DNA of 64,000 nt, from positions 136,177,080 to 136,241,079 of the forward strand of contig NC_077233.1 of NCBI RefSeq assembly GCF_027887165.1. The letters are read 5' to 3'. The position numbers and the translations under genes are program-made. The notes beneath the pieces were generated by a model. It saw only the letters and a program-made list of their open reading frames with translations, did no database searches and was not told the DNA's origin. Position 1 is the stretch's first letter, and each line of letters begins with the position of its first letter. This document shows positions 1 to 16,445 of the stretch, piece after piece. The DNA is from Monodelphis domestica. Its lineage: Eukaryota.

Positions 1-3958
<3,958 letters not shown>

Positions 3959-4133
3959 ACACCAATGGAGGGAGCAGGACCTTTGGGTGTCCCTTCCTGA
4001 CCTCCTCCCCCCAGACCAATCTGGGAAGGGGGAGGGAGGAAATATAGGGAACTGGACCCTCCACTTCCAGCTCTTGACACCTCATGCTTCCCCCTTTCCT
4101 TCCTTGTAAATATTCTAAGACCCCACTAGGGAC

Positions 4134-4139
4134 AATAAA
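4134..4139 (+). other. SEZ6L2: AATAAA poly(A) signal in the SEZ6L2 3'UTR (a second candidate lies at 4690-4695)
   Basis: Canonical hexamer about 180 nt after the stop; the alternative would give a UTR of about 730 nt. Confidence 0.5.
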
Positions 4140-5224
4140 CACCCTGGAGATCCTCTGGTATCTAAACCAGCATCCTGCCTCCCAAGTCATTCTTTTTCTC
4201 TGTTGCCAAATGCAGGGGATCCTTCCTTCTGCCTCCTGTATCCATCATCTGGCTCCCAGGCCCTAAATACAGGGCTATTCCTTGGAAGCTCAGCACTGTG
4301 GCCAATTGTAAGGGGAGAGGGCTGATATCCCTTAGCCCAAGTCATGACCCACTTGCCCCACGGGCCCCAGGGTCAATCTCAGAGGGCTTGATACCATTTT
4401 CCCTGCCCTCTGGTTGTTTTCATTGCTTGCCAGTTCCCTGGCCACACAAGTTCCTGTCCCACCAGCACTGTCCATTCTTGGCCTTCCCTTTTGCTCTACC
4501 CCTGTCCACTGCTCCCTCAGGCCAGGAGTTCCAGTCAGTCCCTTTCTGCCCAAAAGCCCTAGTCCTTCTAGGCAGAGTAAGAGTAGGGAAGGCTAGGGAG
4601 ATGACCCCCTATCCCCTGCAGTCCCTCCCTCCAGGTTTCCCTAACTCTACCCTTTATTCCTTCTGGCTTCTGGATTTTTGTTTTCAAGCAATAAACAGAA
4701 AATCACCATTTGTAACTGGGCCCAGTGTTATGATGGGGGCACTTTATAAGAGGGAAGAGTAGTGTTTGTTGGGAGAATGGCAAAACCAAAACCATACCAC
4801 TCACTCTTAAGGAAGCTGAATAGGCTCAGTTGAAGCTTGGAGAGAATATTCTTTGAACTCTAAATAAAGATCTAATGGCAACAGCCCTTCAGAGAGAAAA
4901 GAGACTGTGAGAATAAAAAGGGATCTTCCAGATCATACAGTCCAACCACCATATGTACAGCTGAGAAAAAAAGAGATCAAGAAAAGGAAAGGGACTTGCA
5001 CAAGGCCACACAATGACTTATAAGGGAGTCTAGAAACCAGGTCCCCTGATTCTTATTATAGTTAATATTAATTACATTCCAACATAATGGCTGTAAGGAT
5101 GGCCAAGAACTCCTTATCCCCAGAGCTGAACTGGAGAGTAGATGCTCAAAGGGTCAACCCTCAGCTCAAATGTTCAAATGGTGGGAAACTCTGGGAGAGA
5201 AAATCTAAAACCAGGGAATTTAAA

Positions 5225-5440
5225 GGAATATATGGGGCATGGAAGGTGGCTCAATAGCTGGGCCTATAGTTGGGAAAACCTGGGTTCAAATATGTCCTCA
5301 GATACTTCCTAGCTGTGTGATCCTGGGCAAGTCACTTAATCTCAATTGCCTAGCCCTTACTACTCTTCTGTGTTGGAACTGATACTTAGTGTCAATTCTA
5401 AGACAGAAGGTAAGGGTTAAAAAGGGGGGGGGGTGGGATA
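5225..5440 (+). repeat. Marsupial tRNA-derived SINE copy
   Basis: Same consensus (ggcatggaaggtggctcaatagctgggcc...ctgggttcaaatatgtcctcagatacttcctagctgtgtgatcctgggcaagtcacttaa...aaaagggggggg). Confidence 0.8.
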
Positions 5441-6039
5441 GATAATTCAAAATAGCAGATTATCAATAACACCAGATTAAAAAACCAGCAGATAATCTGC
5501 AATATGGGATAGTCCATAAGCACTAGACATTCTGTTTGAGGATGAAGTTATATGATGCTGATGCTTAAAATCTGCCTTTTTTGTGATGCCAAATTTTGGT
5601 GAATGCTACTATAAAAAAGGAATATGCCTTTTTACAGCAAACTGGTTGTGGAGGGGTAGACTATGGTTCAGTGGTAAAATGATGTTCTAGACAATCTACC
5701 ATGTAGAGCATATACACCTGAGGAATTCCTCAAAGAAGGATGAAACCACTATTCCCTTCCCTTCCTTGGGCTAGCAGTACCATACATCACCCTCTTCAGA
5801 GAAGATCAGACCAGAGCATTGACTGAATTGTGGGGAGGGGAAGGCGGGGGTCCCCGTCTCTTTATTAGTCTCTGGTTCCTGATGGTGTCATGGCCGGGCT
5901 GTAGAGGGTGAAGAAGTATGTCATTTTGTCTGAGAGAGTCTGGGCTTCAGGGATGATGATCATAGTTAGGAGTCCTCCCTGGGACTTTGTCAGTTGAGTT
6001 ATGAAGGTTAGGGCCTCGAGCTACATTCTAAAAGGGGAG

Positions 6040-6055
6040 AGAGAGAGACAGAGAC

Positions 6056-6088
<33 letters not shown>

Positions 6089-6125
6089 GATAGATAGATG
6101 ATAGATAGATAGATAGATAGAGTGA
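6040..6125. repeat. Compound microsatellite (GA)n-(GACA)n-(GATA)n
   Basis: gagagagagacagagacagagacagagacagagagacagagagagagaaagatagatagatgatagatagatagatagatag. Confidence 0.95.
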
Positions 6126-7589
6126 GAGAGAGAAGGAAAAGAGGAGAGAAGGTATGAGCTCTTTCTGATTGGCCTATAGGGTTGCTTTTTGGATCAAGAA
6201 TCCAAGGCAGAAGAATATCTGCCTCTAAAGCATTCTAAGGGAAGTACTCTGTCCTATGAGATTGGAAGTTACCTACTTATTTTTCCTATCCTATGAGTTT
6301 CTTCCCCTATCTTTTTCTGACCTTCTGCCCATTCCTCTCTTATCAATACCACAAATCTAGGTCTTGTATGCCTGAACAAAAAAGAAAAATCTTAGTGGTA
6401 GAAGGATTTTATACGGTCAGCTAGTCTAATATACCCTAATGAAGAAATCTCACCTCTGACCTCTTTGAGAGATGGCCATCCAGTCTCTGCTTTAACATTT
6501 TTAGTGACTTGGAGCTTTTTGAGGCAGCTAGATGGTAGACAGTTCTGACAGAAAATTCTTCCTAAATGGAAATTTGCTTCCCTGTTGCTTCCTCCCATTG
6601 ATTCCAGTTCTTCCTTCCAGAGTAACATGGACTACAACTATCCCTTCAAATCTATGTAGTCAAGTCTTCCACTGTCTTCTTTCTTCTAAGCTAGGTAGAT
6701 TTATTTTTTCCAAGAGCTACATGGAAGAATGGTTTCTAGGCCCATCTCCCATCCTAGTCACTTTTCTCTGGGTGAACTCTACCTTGTTAATGTACCTTTA
6801 AATCTACCTTAAAATGTTGCTCCCACAGTTCAAAGTACCTTGACATTTCCTTGCTCTTTCCTGGAGGCAAGGGAAGAGAGGCTTTCTGGTACAGCAGGGG
6901 GCCTACGAACAGGCCTTCTGGTAGTCAAAAACATGGTTCCACCTAGGGCCTCCTCCTGCCGAACAGTCTCTACCTAGGAAGGGCAAGAAATTAATGCAGA
7001 ATGCTATCCCAGGCATTAGCCAGCCTGAGATAGAGTAACAGGATCAGGTTTTCTCTCACCTGCTTGTGTTGGGATGGCTCTTTGTCTTTTGACTTCAGCA
7101 ATTTTCCTTTATCATCTTTGAAATCTTCAACCTGGAGCATTACCAGGAAGAAGAGGAGCTATGTTTGTTTCTGAGGTTTGGAGCAGAATCTTTCTTATCC
7201 TGGGGAAGGGGAATTCCTGTAGTTTCCTCTTTGAGGTGGGAAGGTACAAGAATCTTCTCCCTTTCAGATCCCTATAGTTGGCCACTTCTCCTTGCTCTAG
7301 GTAAGGCCCACCCAGTAGGAAGAGAGGGGATTCAAGAACCCTATCACATACCATCTCTCTGGATGGCAGGAGATGAGTTTTATTTCTGGTCCTGTTTCTG
7401 TCAGAACTACAAAGAAGAAAGGAAGAGGGTGAAAAAAATTGAACTCCCTGGTGGAAGGCAGCCTAGCTGCTCTCTCTTGGACATATCATAGTTCCCTCCT
7501 ACCTACTAGTTCTACACAAAATTTCTTTTTCCAGGTGAATTCTCATTTCCTGCTTCCCTTGGGATACCAGACCCTTCTTCCCTGTAGGG

Positions 7590-7720
7590 TGTAGCAGGAA
7601 GTCTACTAGACTTCAAGTCTGAAAACCAGAGTTCAAGGCCTGACTCTGACACTTTTCTAGACCTGTGAGCAAGTCACTTAGTTCTTCTGTTCCAGCATCT
7701 ATCAAATGGGAAATACATTT
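7590..7720. repeat. MIR-like SINE fragment
   Basis: ...agagttcaaggcctgactctgacacttttctagacctgtgagcaagtcacttagttcttctgttccagcatctatcaaatgggaaat... Confidence 0.5.
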
Positions 7721-9599
7721 GTTCTATCAACCCCACACAATTCTGATAAGGAAAACAAATTGTAAAGCACAATATAAAAATATTATTTGCTATTTTCAAC
7801 TTTCTCATACCCTGAGATGAGACTTTTCCCCTTAAAGCCTCTTACCGAGTATCCGTGCCCTTGGTCCTGGTGGTTGGCAGCACTGAAAACATAGGTCCTG
7901 GTTAGAAAGGTTGCTTCTTTCCATGACCAGAAAGGGAAGAAGGGATTGGAATGGCTAGTCACAGGGGGTGGGAAGTGAGGTTGAGGATAAGGAGATGAAG
8001 CACAAATGCCTGCCATGTTGTATGTAAAAGAGATGTTAAATGGAAGTGGTTTTTAAGAGAGGACCTGCTAGGGTTCAGAATGGGTTCCTAGGGAGTAGAC
8101 TTAGGGGCTGGAGTACAGGGCACTGAAATGTTATTAGCGCAGGGATCACCGTGTCGGGACATCTGAGTTCCCTGGTCCAGTTTTTTCAGTTCCTTGGGCA
8201 CGTCAGGGCTCATTGGGTATTGGGCTCCCATCAGGGCCTCATTGGTAAGTTCTGTGCTGACCCGGGCCAAATACTCCTCAGACCTGGTCATAACCTTGCA
8301 GGAGGGATGAGAGTTGAGGGAACCAGGGTCAGAAGGTTGACTCGATGGGGTGGGGGTGGGGCTGTCCCCTTCCCTGTAGCCCTCCCACAGCACTCACCGC
8401 TGATACAGTGGAATTGTGCGAGAGTCGAGTGGTCTTTTTTTCCTGAGTTCCTGAAGGACTGGGCTCCATCTCCTTGGGATCAGGTAGAGTGAGGTAGAGT
8501 ATTAAGGTGGGAAGCTATCCCTTGGTTTTTTGTTTTTGTTTTTGTTTTTAGGGAGGTGGGACGGGCAGAGTCTGAAACCATCCCCACTACCAGTTATTTT
8601 CACAGTTGTCTGGATGAACCTCGGGGAGTTTCCTTTCTCCGACTGAATAACACATAAACTGTCCCCCTTTATTTTTCCGACTGATGAACATCCAGACCAT
8701 CCCATGTCATTTCTTCCCGCCCCCTCTCACCAACTCGGTCCTCCTCCCTCTCCTCAAAAAGGTCCCTTCGCTTGCTTTCCCCCTCTTCTTCCCTCAGTCC
8801 TCGAGGTCCTTCCCCTAACCCAAGGGTCTAAGTCCTCATTCTGCGGACCTTATGTTGCGTAGAAATTGCTTAAGGCCCGGGAGGGAAGAGACGGGGAGGT
8901 CTTCTTAGTTAGCCCCGCGGTTGCTGTTGCTATGGGTACTGGTCGCTGAGGATAAGGGAATGGAAGGGGGAGGGGAAGAGTGGCACGGGGTGGTTGCCCC
9001 GGGAACCACGCAGGCGGAGGGAGCTCTGCAGCGCGTTGCTAGGAGACATCCCCTTCGAGTTCTAGAAGTCAAATCTGAAGTCATCTTTTTTTTTCCTTTA
9101 TTTTTTCCCGGCATCCCTTTCTTTCTTCTCCGCTCGGGCCTAATCGGTTGCAGGAGACGCACTCAGCTTCTAGGGCGGGGAGGACTATTTATCCTTGCAA
9201 TGGGCTTGGATCTTGGAAGAGTAGTGTCCTCCCAAGGGCCAGGGGGCGATCTCTCAAGTCAGCTTCCTCTAGTTTAGGGCTCCTTCTGGACCCTCTAGCT
9301 ACCGCCTCGATGCCCGAGAGTGGCTGAGACCAAATGAGGACGAAAAGGCTAGGGAGTCGGGGTTGGAGGAAAGGTATGATTCTGGACTGAACCAAATGCA
9401 CCGCTAAGTAGGGGTCTTCCAGGGTCAGATAGGTAGAATACGTCTCTCTCTTATTCCTCTTTAAGAAGATACACTCACACAATATTAAAAGTAGTTCTCT
9501 AGTCTTCTTATCTAGCTTCTATTCGATAACTTCCTCCGTTCTAAGTTTACCACTCACTTGTAATCTCTGCGCGTACTCCCTGTCTAACTCTAAACTTGG

Positions 9600-10400
9600 T
9601 ACGGTCCAATCTAGAGAGGCGGAGGGAGGAAAAGGAAGCGGGCCTTTCTTAAAGGTATAGAAGCTATTTTTTGGCCTTCAATTTTGCGTCAACAAGGGCG
9701 GTAGAGCCGATTTCAGTGACACCGGGGGCCTTCCCCCCCTTACAGCTGGTGTTGCGACGACAGGAAGAAGGGTGGAGAGGAAGGTCTTAGAACCGGTCCC
9801 GGGGCCCCGAGGGAGGGGCATAGGGGCACCTGCACCCTTGCAGGAGGAAGGAGAGCGAGGCGCCGGCGGCTGCACATCTGGACCGGCTGATGCCTGGGAC
9901 GGCTGGGGGGACTTGCACATCTGGGTCCCACTCGGGGCGCAGGCCGCTGGGTCCACTGCAACCCCGGAGCGGCTGATGCGCTGGAGCAGAGGGAGGGGCT
10001 GCACAGCGGCGGCGCCGAGGAGATCCCGGGGGCAGAATAGAGGGGCCGAGCGAGAGCCCGGAGCGCCTTAGCTCGCAGACAGGGCTTGCCCAAGCTGACC
10101 AGCGGGGGCCCGCGGCGTGAGCTGCTTGGGGACCGCTCTCCACCTCACTGCGAGAGGCCGACCATCCCCACCCTGCCGAGATGCCGGAAGAAAACATCTT
10201 TCTGTTCGTGCCCAATCTCATCGGTGAGTCAAGCGGGCACAGACCCCTAAGCCCAAGCCCCGGGGAGGGCGAGGGCGGAGCTTGGCCGGGGAAGGGGTTC
10301 CAACGCCAACTCTATCCCCCGCCCCCCCTCCAATTTACGTAACCTTGGCTGGTAGCTTCTGGTCCTCAGTCCTCCGCCTTTGTGTGGGGCATGGTCAGAT
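9600..10400. promoter_or_regulatory. CDIPT: CpG island and CDIPT promoter/5'UTR, possibly bidirectional
   Basis: Very high GC and CpG density (gcgccggcggctgcac..., ggcccgcggcgtgagc) immediately upstream of the CDIPT ATG at 10181; there is no TATA box. Confidence 0.7.
10181..10223 (+). CDS. CDIPT: CDIPT exon 1 coding part (MPEENIFLFVPNLI+g)
   Basis: The ATG follows an in-frame 5'UTR; donor atcg|gtgagt. Confidence 0.85.
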
Positions 10401-12821
10401 TCCTTGACTTCCAGCGAACCTTTAAAATTTTTTTGGTTCCGTTATTCTGATCTGTTTCAGTACTCTTTCACCTCTCTGTTTCCTTCCCTCAGGCTATGCC
10501 CGGATCCTCTTCGCCTTCATTTCCTTCTACTTCATGCCCAGCTGTCCTTTGACGGCCTCCTCCTTCTACCTGCTTAGTGGGCTCTTGGATGCCTTCGATG
10601 GACATGCGGCCAGAGCCCTGAATCAAGGTGATTGCATGCCTAGCCTTTATTCCTCTCTGAGACCAAGAGGCCAGCAGTTAACGTCCCAGTTCCCTACTTC
10701 CCCCATCTTCCTGAGGCCTCAATTTCCTCACTCTCCAGTCAGGATTTTGATTTGTGAAAGGCTTTGCTTTGGAATGGGGTGACACCATCTCCACTGAGGA
10801 TAGAACCAGAAGAAATAGGCTGGCACTACTTCTTCAGGAAGGATTTAGATTATTAGCCTCCAGGAAGAACTCCCTGGTTGTTAGGTTGTAAAACAGAACC
10901 AAGTGAGCAAGGTAGGTTTGGGGCTTCTCTTTTTCTGGGGAGCTCTCTTGTGAACTCATTGATTATTTAGACAGTTGATCTTGGAGATAGGGGCAGGGGA
11001 TGAGATAGCCTCTTGAGAGTTGTAGATGTCTTTTGCTCCTCATTTTTTAAGATTTTAGATTATTTGCCCTAAGTTCAGAGGATTTCTCTACCTCTGGCTT
11101 TAATATCTGATTCTGTCTACCCTGGTTTTATCTCATACTTTTGACATGGTTCAAGACATAGTCAGGACATAGGAATATAAGGTTTTATACTAGGAAGGAT
11201 ATTTACTGACCATCTAGTCCAATGTCTTTGTGTACCTATGCTACTAAACTCAAAGAGTGACTTTCCAAAGGTCACCCAAATAGTAGAGTTGGGATTCAAA
11301 TCAAAACTTCTGGCTGGTGATCCAGGGCTATTGCCCGGTAATATGATATACTGTACCTACCCACCATGCCTTCTATTCTAACCTTGACCCTCTCATAGAT
11401 CAGTATCTCACTTGGCAGGCTATTTCTGAGTTGTCATCTCAGAGCCCAGGAGAGAATGAACACTCGATTTCTCAGTTCCTGTACATTTTTGGATTTGGAG
11501 CAATGCTGGGCATGCTAACTTCAGCCATTGATCCATTCTCCTCCACTGTATTCATCCTGAACCACTGACTCTCTTCTTACCTCTTTAACATAGGGACACG
11601 GTTTGGGGCAATGTTGGACATGCTGACTGATCGATGTTCTACTATGTGTCTGCTGGTAAACCTAGCTCTGCTGTACCCTCGGGCCACCCTACTCTTTCAG
11701 CTCAGCATGAGCCTGGATGTTGCCAGCCATTGGCTGCACCTACACAGGTTATACCCATTGCCTTTGTGGGTTGAAAAATTGTAACCTTGGGTGTGGCCCA
11801 GAATTGGCTGAGTTACTTCTGAAGTTAGTTCCAAAGGGGTGGTAGCATGCACTTAAGGCAAGGTTGGTAGAAAGAGAAGGTTTTTAGACACTTAGCTGGG
11901 GAATGGACTTTCTTCTTGGGAGCAAGAGAAAATACATGGCTCATGGTCAATATTATTCAGAGAAATGTAGGCAATAGCTTGGGGAGGTAGAGCAGAATAG
12001 GAATTGGAATGGGAGAGGTATATTTGATCTTTTCATGTTTTCCCCTCTAGCTCGGTGGTCCAAGGTAGTGCAAGCCACAAAACCATTGACCTGACAGGGA
12101 ATCCTATCCTTCGACTCTACTATACTTCCCGGGTGAGTCCCAATCCAGGCCATACTCCCCCTCCCACCTCTATTCTCATTATCCAGCCTGCATCTCCATG
12201 CCATGTATCCCCCCTTTTTTAAAGTTTTAATTGGTTTTGGAGTGAATGTGGGTGGGCTTGTGGTAGGTACTCCCTCTGACCCAGTTGTTCTCTTTGTGTG
12301 TGAGGTACAGATGGGAGAGGGAAAGAGAAAAGATGGGAGTCCACTGTTCAAGTCAGAAACATGAGTTTTGCCTTCTTCCTGCAGCCAGTGCTATTCATCA
12401 TGTGTGCTGGGAATGAAATTTTCTACTGTCTGCTTTACTTGCTCAGTTTCTCAGAGGGACCCTCAGGTATGATCCAGATTTTAGGGATGGGGGGGGGGGA
12501 CCCAGGAGATCTGGGGACAAGCTGCATGGGGTGGGAGCTGGGGGAGATGCAGATAGGAGAAATGACTGACTTGATTGGATACTAATGACGAACCTTTTAA
12601 TTGGATTTTCTTCTCTCCTTTCCTCTTCTACCAATCCCCTCTCTATACTGGACTTTTTTCCCTCCTTTCTTGCAGTGGGTTCAGTAGGTCTGTTCCGAAT
12701 GGGACTCTGGGTCTCTGCTCCTATTGCTTTCCTCAAGTCCATCATCAGTGTCATCCACTTGGTCACTGCTGCACGAAACGTGGCTGCCCTGGATGCTGCT
12801 GATCGTGCCAAGAAGGAATAG
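10181..12821 (+). CDS. CDIPT: CDIPT (CDP-diacylglycerol-inositol 3-phosphatidyltransferase), complete 6-exon CDS, about 213 aa
   Basis: MPEENIFLFVPNLIG|YARILFAFISFYFMPSCPLTASSFYLLSGLLDAFDGHAARALNQ|GTRFGAMLDMLTDRCSTMCLLVNLALLYP... contains the CDP-alcohol phosphatidyltransferase motif D-G-x2-AR-x8-G-x3-D-x3-D. All junctions are AG/GT and the total length is a multiple of 3. Confidence 0.92.
10493..10627 (+). CDS. CDIPT: CDIPT exon 2
   Basis: Acceptor ccctcag|gc and donor caag|gtgatt. Confidence 0.85.
11594..11747 (+). CDS. CDIPT: CDIPT exon 3
   Basis: Acceptor aacatag|gg and donor cacag|gttata. Confidence 0.85.
12051..12132 (+). CDS. CDIPT: CDIPT exon 4 (SVVQGSASHKTIDLTGNPILRLYYTSR)
   Basis: Acceptor cctctag|c and donor cgg|gtgagt. 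Confidence 0.85.
12385..12466 (+). CDS. CDIPT: CDIPT exon 5 (PVLFIMCAGNEIFYCLLYLLSFSEGPS)
   Basis: Acceptor cctgcag|cca and donor tcag|gtatga. Confidence 0.85.
12676..12821 (+). CDS. CDIPT: CDIPT exon 6 coding part (...AARNVAALDAADRAKKE*), stop TAG at 12819-12821
   Basis: Acceptor ttgcag|tg; the C-terminus matches the recalled human CDIPT. Confidence 0.85.
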
Positions 12822-13934
12822 CCCTGATGTCTTCTCTGCCTCCAGCAAACTTCCTGCCCCATTCCTCTCCGCCATGCCTTGCCCACCATCCACCATGGTG
12901 CTGTTATGCCCTCCCCCAATGAGGTCAGCCTTTTATATAACATAAGGCATATCCTCCACAGTGCTGTGTTCCTTCCACTCCCACCCCATGCTGTCAGAAC
13001 CTCTTCCAGGATGTCACTGTTCTTTGTTCCCACTCCCAAACGGTGTCATTTCCCTGTGATGAGGGTAGAACCCAGATATTAGATGAGGGTTCTCTTTGTG
13101 GGGGCAATGATGAAGTCCCAGCCACAGGAGATGAGGCCATAGCCTCCATGACTTGGGGATGGCCATAGTCCAAGGGTGACTAGGCTCCTTAGGAGAAGGT
13201 ATGGAGGAACAGAGGTGTGTCCTTGCACTGAACCAGGCAAGGGGGCTGTTGTTCCAGTCCCAGGAGATGGTGTGACCCATGCAAGTGGTGCTGCTGTGTT
13301 TGAGGGAGACGGTGTGGGGGCTGGCTCTCCACTAGGGGCCAAACTCCCCTCCTCTTGGTCTGAATGTCTGAATTGGAGGAGTCTTTGCCCAGGAGGGAAG
13401 GAGGTTCACTGGATCCTTCCCTGTTGTACTATCTCATGATGTGTAACCTGGCCCTGAGGCCTTGATGATAAAGGAGGAAACTTCACAATCAGAGCCCAGG
13501 CTCCTGTCTTCACTTCCTTGACTGTTTTCTTAAGGTGGGGGACTGGATAAATCGCATAACACTCAGGAACAAAGAGACCTCACTTCCTTTCACTTAAACT
13601 ATGTTTGTCCTGTGGTACCTCTCCCCAATACTACCCCTTAGGTGGAAGGCTTTCCTTTCAGCTCTCTAACTACTTTTAAGACCTTTGTACTCAGAGAAAT
13701 GTCTTATGATTCCTCCTAGCACCTGGGAGCCAAATCATTGCCCATGGTTCTAGGTACTTTTATTTAATATTCTAACACTGTTGGCTAGCTCCTGGTGCCC
13801 ATAGGCCTTATCTCCCCATGAGTCTGAACTCTTGGGGGGGCAGAAATACCTTGATATCAATCAGTAGCCTTGAATCTCTAGAGCATCTGAGCTGGCAGAA
13901 GAGAACTCCTCAGGAAGCAGGACCATTGACCAAC

Positions 13935-14060
13935 TATAGAATATCAGAATATCAGTGGAGCTAGATGGGACCTTGGAGGCCAGCTAGTTCAACCCTTTCA
14001 TTTTACAGATGAAGAAAATGAGGGCCACAGGGTTAAAGGGATTGAGACTTAAACAAAAGG
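13935..14060. repeat. MIR/THER-like SINE fragment
   Basis: ...ttcattttacagatgaagaaaatgagggccacagggttaaagggattgagac... Confidence 0.5.
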
Positions 14061-16445
14061 CTTCTAACTCCACAACCAGTGCTCTTTGAGATCTAAGTTT
14101 GCTGACTATGGAATGTACTCATAGGCAGTGCATTCCAATTATCTCTCCTTCTGTATCAGGCATCAGGAAAATGTCAGTAATTGCACTTCTTATTGGGGTG
14201 AGGCAGGGTAGGATAAGATAGGCAGTTGACTAGAGTATTTGCAGCCAGAGGTGATTCTAAAGAACCACCTTAATTGCTAGGCTTATAGCATGCACAACAG
14301 GGTAAGATTGCCCCCCCCCCCCACTCCCTAGGGTAGAGGCAAAATGATTAATTCAGGGCCATGTACTTGAGCCCCTCTACCTCAGGAAGTCTAGAGATCT
14401 GACTTAGCTGCAGCCACGGGAAAGGAAGCTGGAGTTGGACTATAGGGGCTCTACCATCTCTAAAATCACTATTCTCTGAATCCCACCTCTGTCACATATG
14501 ATGTTGGGCCTCAGTTTTATGACCTGCAAAATGAGACATTTGAGCTAGATGGGCCCTTTGGTCCCTTCAGCTCTTACCCTTCAATAATCCTAGGCTCCCA
14601 AGAGAGCTCCTACAAACCCAAACAAAGGGGCTAAAGCAATGGCTATCATCAGCTGAGGAGAAAGCTCTGAAGGTGAGGAAAGGGTGGGAAGAAGGCTTCA
14701 AGTGGAGGATTCATCAGGGAAGCTGAACCAATTTGCTCTGGTCAGACCAAAAGGAAACAACTGGAATTGTATCATCTTTCAAAAAACAACAAAATTTATA
14801 AAATGCCATGTGTGCTGTGGATAAGATATCAAGACCTAACACTTCAGTCAAATGACACAAGTTATCTGTGGGCAGAGTAGATGACTCCATTTCCTGGCCA
14901 CCTGGCAGGGATATAAGAGACAGACCTCTCTTGGCTAGAGGCCCAAGCAAATTGGGACCAACCCACTAAACCCACAAGGTAATCAGAAGCATGTCTGACA
15001 TATGATGTCTTCAGTATCTCAAAGCTGGGGGCCTTGGGGGAGGAATTTGCTTTCCCTAGATCACAAAAGAGGTTAGAATTATAAAATTTTAGGATTGGAT
15101 AGGACTAGAAGTGTCATCCATCCAGTCCAGCTTCCTTTCTGTCCCCCCCCCCCAAAAAAAAACACTTTTTCTTTGGCAAAGGATGGATCTAAAAATGTAA
15201 GAAGTATGTATTTCACATTAGTAATAACTAATTGGGGGGCAGAAAATAATAACCAATTTGGGGAGAAGTCTTCAATCTGAAAGAAATCATCATTGGAGGA
15301 AATCTGGCTTAGCACCATTTCTCTGACCTGTAAAGCATTTTTCTACATACTGGAAATGCTAAATCCAACCCATAGCTAAAAAAACCTACTTTTCAACATG
15401 TATTGAAAGAATTGTTGCAGGACTTAGTTTTAGCAAAGCTTGTTTTTCCTGTCTTTTCTTGATTCTGAAAAGATAGAGATGAATAGAAAATGATCTTTCC
15501 CTGCCCTCCAGCTCAGGCTGTGGTTAATTCTTTGGGTCAGGATCTGGAGACCTGGGCCTTTTCCTCAAGGCTACATCCAATATCTTGCACCTCCGAAACC
15601 ATTATCATCAGCAAAAGAAAGCCAAAACAAGGAGTTGAAAACCTTAGTAATTTTTTTAGAAAAGCAAAATTAAAGGATATGGAGTGGAGGTGGAACCAAG
15701 ATGGCAGAGTAGAGGCATGGAGAGCTTGAGAGAATCCTTCAACGAACCTTAACACTTCAAAATGAATACTACTAGAGTGACAGAACCAATAAAGGAATAG
15801 AGTAAAGCAATTTTCCTGCAGAAAGTACATGGTGTGGTCTGGTGGCAATTAGTTGCCTTTGACCATGGTATTCTGTCTAGAGGCATCCTTTCTACTTTGT
15901 ACTTCCATGTTTGGTAAGAAGGGGAAACAGAAAAGGAACCAAGCCCTGGCCTATGCTTAACTGGGTCAACCCCACTCTTTTTATCTAAGGAAACAGGCTC
16001 AGAAGTGAAAGGGACTTGGTCCAGGGTCACCTAAACTCAAATTCAGGTTTTCCAATACCAAATCTATGGATTTTTCTCTTCCCTTATTATATCTTGCTGT
16101 TTTTTTTTTTTTAATCCACAGAGAAAAGGAAATCAGACCCACTTTCAAGCAGCCTACCCAGGTTAAAGGAGAGAGTATGAGGAATTCCTATGATCCTTTG
16201 CTGGATCACAGGTATCTTGTCTAACCTGCCCATCAAATCCCCATGAATGAGGCACTGAATGAGAGAAGCAGAGACACAAATGAATGAAAAAAAGGTTCAT
16301 TTTTCGGGGGAAAATAAGGCACAGAATAGTCCTCTCCTAAACCCTGGTGGGTGGGGAAGGGTGGAGGAAAAGAGAGACTCAGAGAGTGGTCTAACTATCT
16401 AATGGAGTTGGGGGAGAAATCACTATTTTTCTGTATCTTATCAAC

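Larger units (their letters stand above)
5861..8294 (-). ncRNA. Candidate unannotated multi-exon minus-strand transcript between SEZ6L2 and CDIPT, divergent from the CDIPT CpG island. It may encode a small protein; the position is comparable to human CDIPT-AS1/CDIPTOSP.
   Basis: Exon-like blocks with a pyrimidine tract-AG acceptor and a GT donor. At 8150-8294 the reading is ATG ACC AGG TCT GAG GAG TAT..., giving MTRSEEYLARVSTELTNEALMGAQYPMSPDVPKELKKLDQGTQMSRH followed by g|gtgatc. At 7853-7930 it continues in frame as EATFLTRTYVFSAANHQDQGHGYS|gtaaga. A 55-nt exon lies at about 7349-7403 (ctttcttctttgtag|...gagatg|gtatgt). A terminal block at 5865-5963 ends TAA TAA inside the minus-strand AATAAA at 5866-5861. 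Confidence 0.35.

Noticed and set aside
9787-10221. A 144-aa minus-strand ORF overlapping the CDIPT 5' end
   Set aside because: It is the GC-rich CpG island read in antisense to the CDIPT 5'UTR and first codons, with no supporting splice structure.
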